Below are positions 1 through 13,274 of a stretch of DNA of 64,000 nt, one piece after another. Numbering within the stretch: position 1 is the first letter of the stretch; every line of letters starts with the position of its first letter. Source of the stretch: Carcharhinus longimanus. Its lineage: Eukaryota. The notes under the pieces are model-generated. The model was not told the origin of the DNA and ran no database searches. It worked only from the letters and a program-made list of their open reading frames with translations. Position numbers and translations under genes: made by a program. The stretch is from NCBI GenBank assembly GCA_030264375.1, contig JASCQW010000160.1, positions 16,744,839 through 16,808,838 of the forward strand, in the 5' to 3' direction.

Positions 1-57
1 GGGAGGGGAGGGGAGAGAAGGGGAGGGGAGAGAAGGGGCGGACGAAGTGGGGGTGGT
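1..57. repeat. Purine-rich low-complexity (GGGAG)n-like tract
   Basis: gggaggggaggggagagaaggggaggggag... Confidence 0.7.
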
Positions 58-59
58 GA

Positions 60-290
60 TGTACAGGAAACTGTTTTACCCAACAAGTGGCTATGATCTG
101 GGATCCGCTGGCTACAAGACTAGTGAAAGTGCAGATACTCAATAATCCCAAAAGAAAATTGGTTGGGCACTTGGATCAAATAAATTTGCAGGGCTACGAG
201 GATAGAATGTTGGACTGGGACCGAACTGATCTTGAGAGAGTTGACACGATCTGAATGGGCCAAATGGGTCTTCTTCTTGCCATTCTCTGA
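60..290 (+). mobile_element. Decayed CR1-type LINE 3' end
   Basis: Contains ...gggctacgaggatagaatgttggactgggac...atgggccaaatgggtcttctt, similar to other CR1 3' tails in the window. Confidence 0.5.
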
Positions 291-299
291 CCCTCCATT

Positions 300-555
300 T
301 ACCTGGATGATGTCAGCTGCAACAATGCTCAAGCAGCTCAACACCAACTCGGACAAATAAGAATGCCCTTACAACCCCCAATTCACAAACTTAAACATCC
401 ATCGTCTACAAGCTACAGGATGCACTGCTGCAAGGCACCTTTGAAGCACCTCCGAAATAGAAAAAAGTTTCCAACACCTCAAAGGACAAGCTCAGTAGGT
501 GCATGGGAATATCTTCTCCAATTTCCACTCAATCCACAAACAAACCTGACATAAA
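300..555 (+). mobile_element. Fragment of CR1/L2-group LINE 3' region
   Basis: cctggatgatgtcagctgcaacaatgctcaagcagctcaacacc is homologous to 17045-17100. Confidence 0.55.
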
Positions 556-561
556 ATATAT

Positions 562-690
562 TCATGATTTGGAGATGCCAGCGTTGGACTGGGGTACACA
601 CAGTAAGAAGTCTCACAACACCAGGTTAAAGTCCAATATGTTTATTTGGTAGCAAACGCCAAGTGGAAAAGTGTGACTTCTTACTGCATA
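562..690. mobile_element. Penelope-derived repeat fragment (same family as 43825-43984)
   Basis: ggagatgccagcgttggactgggg...aagtctcacaacaccaggttaaagtccaa...tttattt is shared with 43828-43905. Confidence 0.6.
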
Positions 691-2814
691 AAATATGTTG
701 GCATTCCTGGAGCTCCCTACGCGACTAGGTCTGGTTAACAAAAGGCCACTTTTGCTAATGATGCCCAAATCCCCAAAAAAATTTAAAAAGAATGTAAAGA
801 TTTGCTAAACCAGAGTTTATGACCAAGGAATGAAAAATAAATTTATTTACAATTGCCATCTTGAGGTGCGGTTATCAAATTAGGCTTATTTTAGGAATAT
901 AAATTATTACTAGTTAAGTAAACATCAGTTTAATTTTGTGGTAGTCTGATCAACATGAGACTTTGTCTCTAACTAAAATGTTCCTATTTTCAAGTATTCT
1001 ATGTGCAATCAATAACTTTAGCATTATCTACTAAATATGTCATAGCTAGTCAGTGTTAAGAATTAAGATATGTAAGGAAACCAGCCTTCTAAACTTAGAT
1101 GCATACCAACCACTTTTCAAGCTACAGCCAGAGGGAGTTGTGACCTTGATCAATTTTTTGGAAGAATTTGTCTACAAATAGAAAATATTTAGCAGTATTT
1201 GCCTAATTCCTGCAAGATCTGAGAGCCATGTTATTGCCAGATATTCACAAAGGGGCAGAAGTATTTTTTTAAAACAAAGCTAGAAAAATTCCTGGATGGC
1301 TAGGAATGCCCATAGAAACAATTTAAAACATTTAGAATAATAATAAATAATCCACACCATAAGAAAAAATTGTTGTGAGCTAGCTTCAGAATATTTCTGG
1401 ATGGACACTGCATGCATACAATACAGATATCAATTCCCATTCCTCATATTTTCAAAAAGAATGCAGCGGTAGATGCCAGCAAAATGATTCAGAGTCTTGC
1501 AAAGTCCCGAGTTTGTGAGTTACTGAAACAGTATAGCAGTGTTTTTATACGTCTGCAACACAAAGTCTTTGCAGACTTGGGAACACGTTAATGTATTAAT
1601 GCAAAACCATTTTTTAAGAGCAAGGGAAAACATTATAAAAAAGACGATTCCAATAGTTTCAAAATGAACGTCAGCCCATGTAAAAATAAAAGCATTGCCT
1701 TTGAATGTTTTCTGTAAATTGTAGTGTTATATATAGCACTAGTCATACTGTATTATAATATAAACCAAGCTTTTATTTCACTATTGTGCACATTTTTTAT
1801 TCAACACTGCTTCTACTGCATTTAGTAAGCCATAGCATAAGCTTCAAATTACTGAAGTAAACCAGACATCCAAGATGCATTCTTACTATTACTGAAACAT
1901 TAATGCAAAGTGCTTTCACTTCGTACCGTCATTGCAGTTTTGATTTAGATTCAAGTTCAGCACCAAAAAAAGTTTTAGTTTTGTATAAAGACACAACATT
2001 TGGAATGTGAATGCAGCATTAGAAACATTAATCTGAAAATTAATGTAACATAACAATTCAAACTGCATGTTCTGACAACATTAGTAAACCATTCTGGATA
2101 TCATCTGAACTACCTCATTGAGTTAGCAACTGCCAAATGATCCATTACCCCGCAGATATGCAATGTTCAAGATAATTTATTTAAAGTCAGTAACCGCAAT
2201 TTTCTGAAAACAATGAATGTGATGATATTTTGAACAAAATTAGCAAGGACACTTCAAACAAACCAGATTGAAAACATTAAAACACTTAACTTCCAGAAGT
2301 AAAAATAGTGCCTTAGAGAACCAATTGAAATCTGTCAGGAGTGAATTGCATGAGCATAAGCATTGCATAAAGGGAAATAGGTTGATTAATGGTCATCTTT
2401 CCATCCGACAGTGTAACCATGTATATTGTCTTTCACAGTTTTATTATTTTACATTATTATGTATCGATGAAGAGAGATGGGAGGTGTAGAAACACTGGCA
2501 TGAATGTTTGGGCAAAATTACCTGTTTCTGCATTAAATAATTTATCTGATTGTGTAATTTAAGAAATTTCTGCCATAATTTTGTTCTGAATTGCATTCAT
2601 GAAATTCATGTGACAATAATAAATCAAATCAAAATCAAATCAAATCATTAACATTCTCAAGATTATTCTGATTAATGGTGGACATATTTCAACAAACCAA
2701 CATTAAGGTACAAGCAGAATAAACATATAAAGAACACAGTCTAAATTGGATAGGATACTGTCTCTCTCATTTCTAGAATTTTTTAAAATCTAGCTAGGCT
2801 AACATCATCAACAT

Positions 2815-3310
2815 AAAAACAGGAAATATTGGAAAATCTCAGGAGCTCGAACAGCATCCGTGGAGAGAAACTAGAGCGAACATTTCGAAGCTCTGACAAA
2901 GGGTCAGGCAGACTCGAAATATTGTCTCTATTCTCAGTCCAATGGCACAGCGGTTATCACTGCTGCCTCACTGCGACAGAGTCCTGGGTTCGATTCCCAG
3001 CTTGGGTCACTGTCTGCGCAAAGTTTGGAAGTTCTCCCTGTGTCTGCATGCGGATCCTCCGGTTTCATCCCACAGTCCAAAAGATGTGCTAGTTAGGTGC
3101 ATTGGCCATGCTAAATTCTCCCTCAGTGTACCCAAACAGGTGCTGTAGTGTGGTGACAAGGGGATCCCCACAGTAACTTCATTGCGGTGTTGATGTAAGC
3201 CTACTTGAGACACTAATGATAAATAAATAAACATGCTGTTAGACGTGCTGAGATTTTCCAGCATTCTCTGTTTTTGTTTCAAATTCCAGCATCCATAATA
3301 TTTTGCTTTC
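2815..3310. mobile_element. Palindromic Penelope-derived element with decayed hammerhead core, interrupted by a SINE
   Basis: Inverted arms ggaaaatctcagga...cagcatc / atgctg...tgagattttcca. Core ctgacaaagggtc...gactcgaaa at 2893-2919. Same family as 30603-30770. Confidence 0.6.
2942..3231 (+). mobile_element. tRNA-derived V-SINE (HE1-related)
   Basis: A box tggcacagcggtt, B box gggttcgattcc, V-SINE core (...ttctccctgtgtctgc...cccacagtccaaaagatgtg...ttggccatgctaaatt) and (aataa)n tail. Confidence 0.85.
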
Positions 3311-3329
3311 ATCTTAGGCTGACATAATG

Positions 3330-3583
3330 GAAGTTTTCTTCCTACTCCTCTTTGCCCAATGATGATATAAACTTGGATGCGTGCAAACTGTTTTTTTTAA
3401 CATTAACCTGCAACTTTACTCAGGCGACAATGGCTATATTAGAAACAGAGAAAAAATGGACAAGGGTCTACTGATACTGCACTTCAAACAACTGTCATTG
3501 AAGGTTCTTCCTATTCCTCTTCATTTTGCCTAATGATGACATAAACTTGGATGTGTGTAAACTGGTCAATTTTTTAACATTAA
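3330..3583 (+). repeat. Local imperfect direct duplication of about 80 bp (3330-3406 and 3500-3583)
   Basis: ttcttccta(c/t)tcctct...aatgatga(t/c)ataaacttggatg(c/t)gtg(c/t)aaactg...ttttaacattaa occurs twice. Confidence 0.8.
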
Positions 3584-4937
3584 AAAATGCTCTGGGGTGC
3601 TGTAAATAGAAATGTATCCAAATGAGTTTTGTATCACTTGCAGTAATCACATAGATGGGTAGTACTGCCAAGCTAGCCCATTGAGAAGCCGTAGCAAAGT
3701 CGATAACTAAGTTGCTTGGAGGTTGTGAAATTCAAGTAGACATGTGTATGGCCAATAGTGAGCCTGATAGGCTAATTTGTTTAAAATGTAGAAATATGCC
3801 ACGCCTTCTGAAATAATAACGCGCTACAGACAGGATATTGAATAAAAAAAAATTCTCAGAATGTTACAAAGACCCCCACACAAGGAAAGTAGTTCCTTTA
3901 TCAAAGGTTATTGCTTATTTTAAAATAATGCATTCATTAGCAATTAAGCAGAAAACTGTATTCAGCTCTGAACTTTACAGAAAAACTTCTATTCAATACA
4001 CAGGATATACCTCCGCACCTAGTTCCTGGTGCAAATTCATTTTTGTCATGTCAGCTGCATAATAAAGGCAAGTTACTAAAATCTATTTACAAGCAGTTCT
4101 GAACTTTGTAGAAATTGTAAATAGTATTTTCCTACTGGAAGTTGATGTCAAAAGGTTACCCATTGTTGCCTGAAACACAGGAATTTGCAGCTCTAGGTTT
4201 ATTATCTGCCCTCTCAGGAAAGTGTGCGGTAACACTAATCTAATTTTTCATGACATTTTGTTAAATACAAGAACGCTATTATTGATATTCATGCTTTCCT
4301 AAATGTTTTTGCAATGAACACATGGCATTCAGGCATCAACTGGGAGGAAAATAGCTCACAGGCAAATAACATCTTCAGTCATGAAGTAGAAAGCATTCAC
4401 ATTTCATGACATCCTGAACAAAGCATGTGCAAGTGACATGATACGTCAGTGAAGCAACGATAATTGGACAAGCATGCTCTGAAATGGAACTTGACTGGAT
4501 TTAATCAGCAGCCATTACTGCTCTCTTGTCAGCTGAATCTAGGTGTTCTACGCAACTGAGATGATATCTGGTTCTGCAGTTTCTAGCTATACCACATTTC
4601 CCATAACAAAAAAAAGTTGATTTGCCTTGACCTCACTTAGAAGGCATTGATAGAATATCAGACTTGTATTGAAAGAGAAATAATCATCTGAAAAAGCTTT
4701 TAATTTTCTAGTGGAGGAGGAGGAGAGGGATGGGGGAGGTGCCATGATGATGACAGAGAAGAGTCAAACATGCCTTGTGTTATTTTCATCTCAATAAAAT
4801 TAAGAGCAGTGTTATGAGTGTGTCAGTATTTTCAGGAGTGTGTGCGTATAAGGGGAACACTCAGGACTGCATCAAAATCGGGGCATAACTCTGGGGAGTG
4901 CATCAATATGGACAGTAAAATCTGAAGGGGATGCTAA

Positions 4938-5225
4938 TGGTGGCATGGTGGCACAGTGGTTAGCACTGCTACCACAGGGACCCAGGTTTGAAGCCTGGCT
5001 TTGCTCACTGTCTGCGCAGAGTCTGCATGTTCTCCCCATGTATGCCTTGTTTCTTCTAGAGCTCTAATTTCCTCCCACAGTCCGAAAGACGTGCTGATTA
5101 GGTACACTGGCCATGCTAAATTCTCCCTCAGTGTATCCAAACAGCACCGGAGTGTGGTGACTAGGGGATTTTCACAGTAACTTCATTGCAGTGTTAATGT
5201 GAACGTACATGTGACACTTATAAAA
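4938..5225 (+). mobile_element. tRNA-derived V-SINE
   Basis: ggtggcacagtggttagcactgct head, with the same core and tail as 2942-3231. Confidence 0.85.
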
Positions 5226-8200
5226 TATCTGAGGTCAGCTTATGAGGCAAGCATACACACAGGATCCTGTTTCCTTTGAAACTTTAAGCACCTCCATCTA
5301 TGGCATTGTGGTGAAACTTCTATCAATAGATGCAAACTCATCGCTGCAGATTGACAGCTTTGCTTGAAGTTTCACCTGTGTCATGCCCACAGGCATGAAG
5401 ATAATACATAGCTAAAAAGTAAATACCACAATCTATTTAAGGTGGCAGCAGCATATCATGTGACTTAGTATGTGGCTCCAGATAGCCCTGAAATTCTCAC
5501 AAATGCCTAATTAAAATATGGACAACCACAATCACTTGTGAAATTCAAATACCACGAGATGAATATGAAATAGATCTCAACCACCTTTCACTGTATCACG
5601 GCAGCTCCTCATCTTGGCTGTCTGAAACCTTCAGGCTGTTAAAAGCCAGAACACAGGACATTTACTAGTCTAACACTTCATCTTATTTGGAAGAGGATGT
5701 TGGACTGGTAAGAAGTCTCAGTGTAAGGCAGTCATGTCTGACATTTGCTTTTAAATTACAGCAGCAGAAGCTGTTCTGAAATAAATATCATCAGAAACAT
5801 CGTACAAACCATTGAACCAAATGTAAGACAATTAGGCAGCCAAGATAATATACAGCTATACTCTGAAAGTGGGAGAATGATTCTTGTTCCAATTTGTTGT
5901 ACTTCAGGTTCACCTGAGAGCCAACCTCCTGGCAATTCAACTACGAGAAGCTTCACAGATTGGTGAGAATCCTCTGCTTTTACAAAGCCTCCACTCCAGC
6001 TGAAACATTAATTTAACTAAGAAACTACAGGACTGCTGCAAATGAAAGATTGAAACATTCCAAATTATACATTTTTTCCCTTCATCTGTATTGAATTTTT
6101 GTGTGAATGATAGTTTGTGTAAGACTTCATGTTTGAACCTCCATGGCAAGTGTGTGGTGGTTGATAATGGCATGTTAACTATATTGTTCAGGTACACAGG
6201 TGAAAGGTATTGTTCAATTAGGTACTCTGAGTACACACAAATAGGGTCCAACTACTTGGTCTCAAGGCTTATCTATGCAACCGTGGTTCTCTTTTTGTAA
6301 AAGTGTTCCTTTAGGAGACTGTCAATTTAACTTGTTTATTTGTTTTATTGATTTCAAAAATGGCATATAAATAGGGGACAGCTGGGACAAGAGTGACAAA
6401 ACTGAACAAAGTCAACAAACTCACCAATAAAGCTTGGGTTTTGCTTCACCAATTGGCTTGGATTTTGTTAATGGTATAAAACATTTCCTTTATTTTTAAA
6501 TTCACAAAAGATTACCGCTGGGATCATTTAATTTAGGACAAAACAATCTGAGGGTAAAAACAAACCACAACACATACACTAATATTTTGATCAAGGACAA
6601 TAAAACCAATCAATTTTGTCCATGACACCTGTGTCAGTCTCATTAAAAAATGTCATTTTTATGCTCATGCCACTGTTGTGCCAGTTAGATTTGAAGATAA
6701 AATTAACTTAACATTTCTTAAATTGGAAATTCATTCTTATATTGAAATGTACTGGCAGTTCAGTAATAAAATACAGGTCAATTGATCAATAACTCCCAGG
6801 ATACATAATAGTGGGGTTCTTATCAATCAGAACATCTAATATTTTCCTATTGTTACACTAGCCCTCAATCTTCATGATCCAGTCTACTAGATAACTTCAG
6901 ATGGCTTTTATAAAATGAATTATATATACATTCACAATACCATAATGGGATGTTATTGAAACTCACGGACCACAGAATAATCTATTGAAGTTCATAATTC
7001 TTGCAACAGGCTGAGGGCAAGTTGATATGATGAGTTTGTTAATAATGTTCTGTGCGGGATACTATCAGAAACAAAAATAGTTGTTTGATGTAGGTGTTGT
7101 GGTGTATTCACTACAATCATGAGAACTCATATGGAACATTTAAGCTGCATAGGATAAACAGTTGATGAATAATGACATACTTAAGTTCCTCAATATTTTA
7201 AGGTCAACATTCTTTATAGTTTTCAACAGAAGATGTATGATGCCCATGTATCATGACCACTCAATTACAATCTGTAAGGTAAAGATGCCCAATTATAAAA
7301 AAACACCCACTATTTTACATACCACTAAACATAGCCTTAAATACAGGTACAGATAATTTGCTAATGTTTTGAACAGAATTTTGATGGTGAAGGAGAAACG
7401 GAGTGAGGAAGGGCAAAGAGTTAGTATTAAAGCTGTATGCTAATCAACAAAAACAAAACAAGATACACTATCCTTTGATCAGATTTATATTTGGGACCGG
7501 GGATGACTTAAAGGATTTACTTGGGAACTTAACTCATGACCAACAAGTCTGGAGCTCAAGTTTCAAGATATCACCTTACTCAGGCTCACTTTCTCTAGTG
7601 AGATGTGTTTCACCAGATTTTAGCTTCACTACCTTATTTCTACCCGATATTCATTCCCATTGGAAGCAAAAGCAGGTATTTTCCAGACATCTACCTGGAT
7701 CTCATCTGCAGTCTCTGATAAAACACACAAAACTTGTGACAACAATTGTGGCAAGAGTGATCCTGCCCACCCGTATTTCCAAATGGAATGATAAAGGCAA
7801 TGTTGGAATATCTGAAAATGGAGGAGGAAAAAGGAAGCTGTCTTGATATCACGGAAGTCACAGAATACCACCACTCATCCCGACTACCAGGAGGATGCAG
7901 AACAGACAGCAGTGCTGATAGAGATCTGAAAGTAGAGTTCTACCTCATGAACTTATAAATAAAACATAAGTAAGGACAGGAAGCCTCTCCCATCTGTTTT
8001 TTTAAAATATGGAACAGCATCATCCTATTTGTGCCTGTTTATTATCACCCCCTAAATTTATCATCTCTTGGTTTTGCCCCAGTGTATATTTCAACACTTC
8101 ACAGAACTCTGTGCAAGAAGCTCATTTAGACTGCCTTCTAATCCCCTTGATTATATGTCAGCAAACAAAACATTTAGATCGTACTTTGTTTTTTTCACTG

Positions 8201-11200
8201 AAAAGCTCTGTTTACACTTCATTCTGCATTTCACCCAAAGCTTTTCTACCATTTTCTGTAGCCTTTTTATATTCCCCATTTTTCTTATTTAAAATTTTTC
8301 CTTGTCTCTGCAAAATTGTTCTGAAAGTATTTTCCTTACATAATGTTTCAATTTTTGCTACTTATCCAGAAGGTTCCCGCTCTGATTGATGAATGACAGA
8401 GGAATGTTTCAATTTTATTTATGGCATACTTCAAATGGTTTTTCTTTTATGCAAAATAACATCTGTCTCACTTGGTTTCAATTATTCACTGGAAAAAAAT
8501 GTTAACATTAATCAGTGACAACTGTGGGACTTCAAGACCCAGAAAACTTCCTTTATTGTGCTGCCTGGTTTGCGGAACAAGAAGGGAGAGAAGTAAAAGG
8601 GAGAGAATGCAAATTCATGTAGCACCTTTTGCATTCTTAAAAAATTCCAAAGTGTATTAAAACCAATTAAATACTTGTTCAGAAGGAGTATTGCTATAGT
8701 GTGCCAAATAAACAACTGCCAGTGAGTTATGACAGTAATTCTAACACAGCATTGAATGACATTATTTGAGCTTCATTTTCATCATCCATTAGAGTACTAG
8801 AACTGATTTATAACACACTGCAAATTTATATTCAAATTTCATATTTAGCATGTCACGTTTTTCTCAAGCATCATCGTAAACCAATAATGATTGTATTGAA
8901 TCATTATTTCATTATGGAAAATGCTACAATTTTCAAAACTTCTTGGAACTCTATATCCAAAGCTTGAAAACAGAATCATCACTTTGAGACAACAGAATCA
9001 ACTTTTTGAAGTGCTTAAAGACATTACTTATGTGCATACTTTATATTAAAAGAATTCCACTCCAGCTAAATATAGTTAGAAAACGTGTCTCTGGTCTCAT
9101 ACCTCTCTCCTGTGTTGCATACCCCCTTCCCACCCCACAAGTCCCTCACAAAACAGCTAAACAACAGGAGAAATTAATTTTTATTTAAGAACATAAAATG
9201 TGTAGGTAACTTATCTAAGATAATCTAAGAGAAAACAGCAGCTTTGACTTGGCTAAAAAGCACTACTGCAGATTTTTACTGCTGAAAAAGAGCAACATGA
9301 GAAGATTTATTACCTGAATCGAGTAACCCCAAACATAGCTTACAGAGGTTTCCAATTGTTGGGTAGATCACAGCACCATGAGATGGTATGATAATACTTG
9401 AAAGAGTAACCAGAATAGTTAAGTATTAAGCCTATTATTCATTAACTCTCAACTCCAGAAGTTCTATTCATTCAAAGTCCCACACTCATCTTTACAACAT
9501 ATGACCTTAAAAATTACATATTACCAACTCAATCTTGTTATAACCTTCATTGCGCATTTACTTCATTCCAGTGATCAAACGTGTACAAAGTGAAAGATAC
9601 AGTTAACAGCTAAGGGAATGATTTCATTTAATGTCAGGATTTACTCCCATTCTATAACGACTGTAAGAAGTGAAGGTATAAAGCTAGGAGATTTAAAAAG
9701 CACAGACGTGCCCTTCACCAATCTACTCTTTCACTAAAAATCCCACTGAGAAAAACAAATGCAGTAAGTTTATTACAATGATTACCAACATAGAACAATC
9801 TTCCATGTTATGCATATGGTTTACAATATAACCATTAAGGAGCCATAAATTTCAACTATGCAATGTAATCCATTTCCTCATCCCTCCTAAATGCAATCTG
9901 TGCATCAAAACATCTGTAAAAGTGTTACAGTGCTGGGAGTCCCATGGATAAGTCCAGCTTCTAAACTAAGTTTGAAATGTGAAAACCTTAATGTTCACTT
10001 CACTGATTAAGACAAATAAGAGGTGCATTCAAGTATTCTAGATATTGTTCCCATTTTGCACTCTGGTTGTTGTCTGCAGCAATGCTCACTTTTGGTGTAG
10101 ACCCACCATACTACACATCAAATTCTAAACAGTACTCAGGGCATCAGGGAGAACATACCACCATAAAGGTGAAATTCTTCCCACTGAATGCAAATTGTCA
10201 GCTGTATTAGCTTCACACACCTGTGGTTAAATCAGTATTGTGAACTTCACTCAGATTTGTCATGTTTTCATTCTCTCAACCAAGATTGACAATTTGGCTG
10301 ATTGCCAAATCGACAGATGGAATTAAAATTAACATTCTCTGCCTATATATATATATTTTATGACTAAACACACTGACACCAATTTACTTTCTTGAAAGCC
10401 TCTTAATTTTCTTAAAATTAGCTGCAATCAGCAATTTGCTTTCGCACAGAAAATAAATAAGTGAAATAAGAGGAAACATTACTCTACCCAAGCAAATACA
10501 GAAACTCAGATAGAACTCTTAAGTTCTTACAAATACTATTGCATATTCTATTGTGAATCTTTGAAAGACAATGGTACAAGATTTCCTCTTTTCCACCTTT
10601 CTACAAATAACCTCCTGAGTGAAGGGCAGAGAGGCAATCACCTGCAATTTCCTGTCTATTAATTTAATTGATAGGAAGAAAAATGGCATAATCTTTATTA
10701 CAGGCACATGATATTTTCCATGTAATTTTCCTCAAAATGTTTCAGCCAAGTAGTTATTTACACTAATCATAAACAAAAAAATAACATTTGAAAAAGATTG
10801 ATGGAAAGAAAATGTTTGAGCCACAAAGGCATTATTTGTTTGCTAATATATATTGTAAAAGTAATAGTTCACACTGATCATAAGGCATGATTTCCTCTCT
10901 TCACTAACGTTGAGAGATGACTTTGCATGAGTAAGAAGTGCTTTTCTATAGTTCATGCACATCATAATTTTTGGCAAACATTACTAAGTTTCAGTAATTC
11001 TACCCNNNNNNNNNNNNNNNNNNNNNNNNNNNNNNNNNNNNNNNNNNNNNNNNNNNNNNNNNNNNNCAAGTTTAGTTTGTAGTTTGTGATGAGCTAGCTG
11101 AGCTCAGTAATGATGGGAGAGGCGTTACAATTGATTTTCTTTATGGAAGAAAATAATTAATAGTATTGCGTCTTATTCTTGTCCTACAGATCCTATGAAG

Positions 11201-12449
11201 AAGTGTGCCTCTGTGTACATCGGGTGAGACAGAATTCAAAGGAACCATGTTGCCTGCCTCCACAATCCAACCTAACGTCACACTGCCTATTAATAGTCAA
11301 TGTCTAACCTCACGTGTCACAAACAACAACTCTGGCAAGGGTTTGGTGGGTGCCTAAAGAAGATGAATTGAAGAGAATTGAAGGAGGAAAGTTTTCTTTT
11401 AACATGAGGTGTGTGGAAGGGTTAACAGGTTTTGAAAAAAGTATGATATTGCAAGTAAAATGGCTTCTAATGGTTTAATATTTAATTCTTTGTTGCAAAA
11501 GATGAAATATTTGTCTTTGACGAAGCTGGCAAACAAGCAATTAACTGAAAAGCATGAGTGCTCAAAAATGTGTGAAAAGTTCTGTGTGGTTACACAAGAC
11601 GGCCATGCCGACTCCATTGTCATGTCAGTAATCGTTATAAGTACAGTGGTAATATGAGAAAAATATCTTTTTAAAAAAAAAGGAGCTCCTTGAAGGGTTT
11701 TCTGAATTGCCAATTTCATAAAAGTATTGGAAAATCGTTTTCCTTAACTTACTGAGAACAATTTAGTTATGCTTAAGCAACACCAAAAGCCAAACTCGTC
11801 AGTTTCCCACGGATTGTGGAGGAATATTAGCTGCAATCAATTGAAGATGGGATAAGTCATTCAATTTTAGAAAGGACCTTTGATTGGACCACTTTACCAA
11901 CTGCAGACTATTGGCCTCAGCTCTTCTGAGGCAAGGGAAGAAAAAATGAACTCATATTCCAGGGCCTGATTTGTCAACAGAAAATTCTAGAAAGTATGCA
12001 TGTGGGCACCACACATCTGGAATAATATTGAGGGAATTTCCACTTTCACCGAAATCACTTAATTTCCATGGGGGCTGAGGTCCATTTGAATTTTAGTTTT
12101 TTTAAATGAGCCAACAACCTGCAGGCGTCAAGCAGACACTAAAGTACAGCCAACTGCAAAGAACAGGAAATCAGTGGTTTTCATAAGTAGTAGGCAGCAG
12201 TAACCAGTTGCAGGCTATGCCCACACGGAAAGCTTTCAAATTCTCTGCTCCCGGCAAATACGTAAAGAGGTCTACATATCAACCTTACAGTGGAGATTGT
12301 GATGTAGTGGTATTGTCATTGACTAGTAATCCAGAGACTCAGGATAATGTTCTAGAAACCCAAGTTTGAATCCGGGCCTGCTAGCATCTCTCACCCTGCC
12401 AGTACAATTTCAGTCCAGCGAGGCTCCCTTCTCCTACGTTCCTTCTTTA

Positions 12450-12831
12450 CCGATGGTAAAGAAGGAATGTAGGAGAAAGGATAACCAGCCATGGTTATCA
12501 AAGGAGATAAAGGAGAGTATTAAATTAAAAGCTGATGCATTTAGAGTGGCTAAAAGTAGTGGGCAAGTGGAAGATTGGAAGAGGTTTAAAAATCAACAAA
12601 GAATGACGAAGAAGTTGATAAAGAAAGGAAGGATAGACTATGAAGCTAAACTAGCGNNNNNNNNNNNNNNNNNNNNNNNNNNNNNNNNNNNNNNNNNNNN
12701 NNNNNNNNNNNNNNNNNNNNNNNNNNNNNNNNNNNNNNNNNNNNNNNNNNNNNNNNTGATCTTATTGAATGGCAGGGCAGGCTCGAAGGGCTAGATGGCC
12801 TACTCCTGCTCCTATTTCTTATGTTCTTATG
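12450..12831 (+). mobile_element. CR1 (HER1-like) LINE, ORF2 fragment and 3' tail across a gap
   Basis: Peptide QPWLSKEIKESIKLK...EDWKRFKNQQRMTKKLIKK; tail gatcttattgaatggcagggcaggctcgaagggc...ttcttatgttcttat. Confidence 0.85.
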
Positions 12832-13181
12832 AGGCTCAGATTAGCTCCCCAGTTTTGGGGAACTGGTGGCCTGACCCTGATGGAGTGAAGGGGGGGCAAT
12901 CGGAACCCTGCAGGGGGTCAGGCGGGGCAGGGGGTGACCTGTTCGGCAAAGGCACATTGGCAATGCCAGCCTGTGCTCCCTCTGTAGATGCGCAGAGTCC
13001 CAGAACTGTCAGACTCTGGCATGACTAGGCCCCCACCACCACCCACCCGCCCGAGCTTTAATAATATTCACAATTGTGTGCAAGATTCTAGTGTGAACTC
13101 CAACTGTAAAAACTATATCACAATTTACGCCAGTTTTCCTGCAAATTCAGCACTTAGATCTTTTTTGGGAGAATCACCCCC
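12832..13181. mobile_element. GC-rich non-autonomous DNA-transposon-like (Harbinger-type) fragment
   Basis: GC-rich island ending in ggagaatcaccccc, resembling termini of similar elements at about 23300, 29970 and 34440. Confidence 0.4.
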
Positions 13182-13274
13182 TAAAAGTCCAATGATGACC
13201 ATGAAACATTGTCAACTGTCGGAAAAACCCAACTGATTCACTAACGTCCTTCAGGGAAGGAAATCTGTCAAATG

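Larger units (their letters stand above)
12290..13270 (+). mobile_element. tRNA-derived SINE split by nested insertions (head 12290-12375, body 13182-13270)
   Basis: Head tagtggtattgtcattgactagtaatccagagac...tttgaatcc and body gatgaccatgaaac...ttcactaacgtccttcagggaaggaaatctg match the more complete copies at 27117-27460 and 53035-53480. Confidence 0.65.

Noticed and set aside
2942-3010. tRNA-like A/B boxes as tRNA genes
   Set aside because: They are heads of SINEs followed by V-core and tail, with no complete cloverleaf.
3355-3583. Repeated ATGATGA (C-box-like) motif suggesting tandem C/D snoRNAs
   Set aside because: No conserved D box or terminal stem in both copies, and it is antisense to the host gene.
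7403-7846. 147-aa plus-strand ORF
   Set aside because: GTG start, no recognisable homology; expected by chance at this scale.
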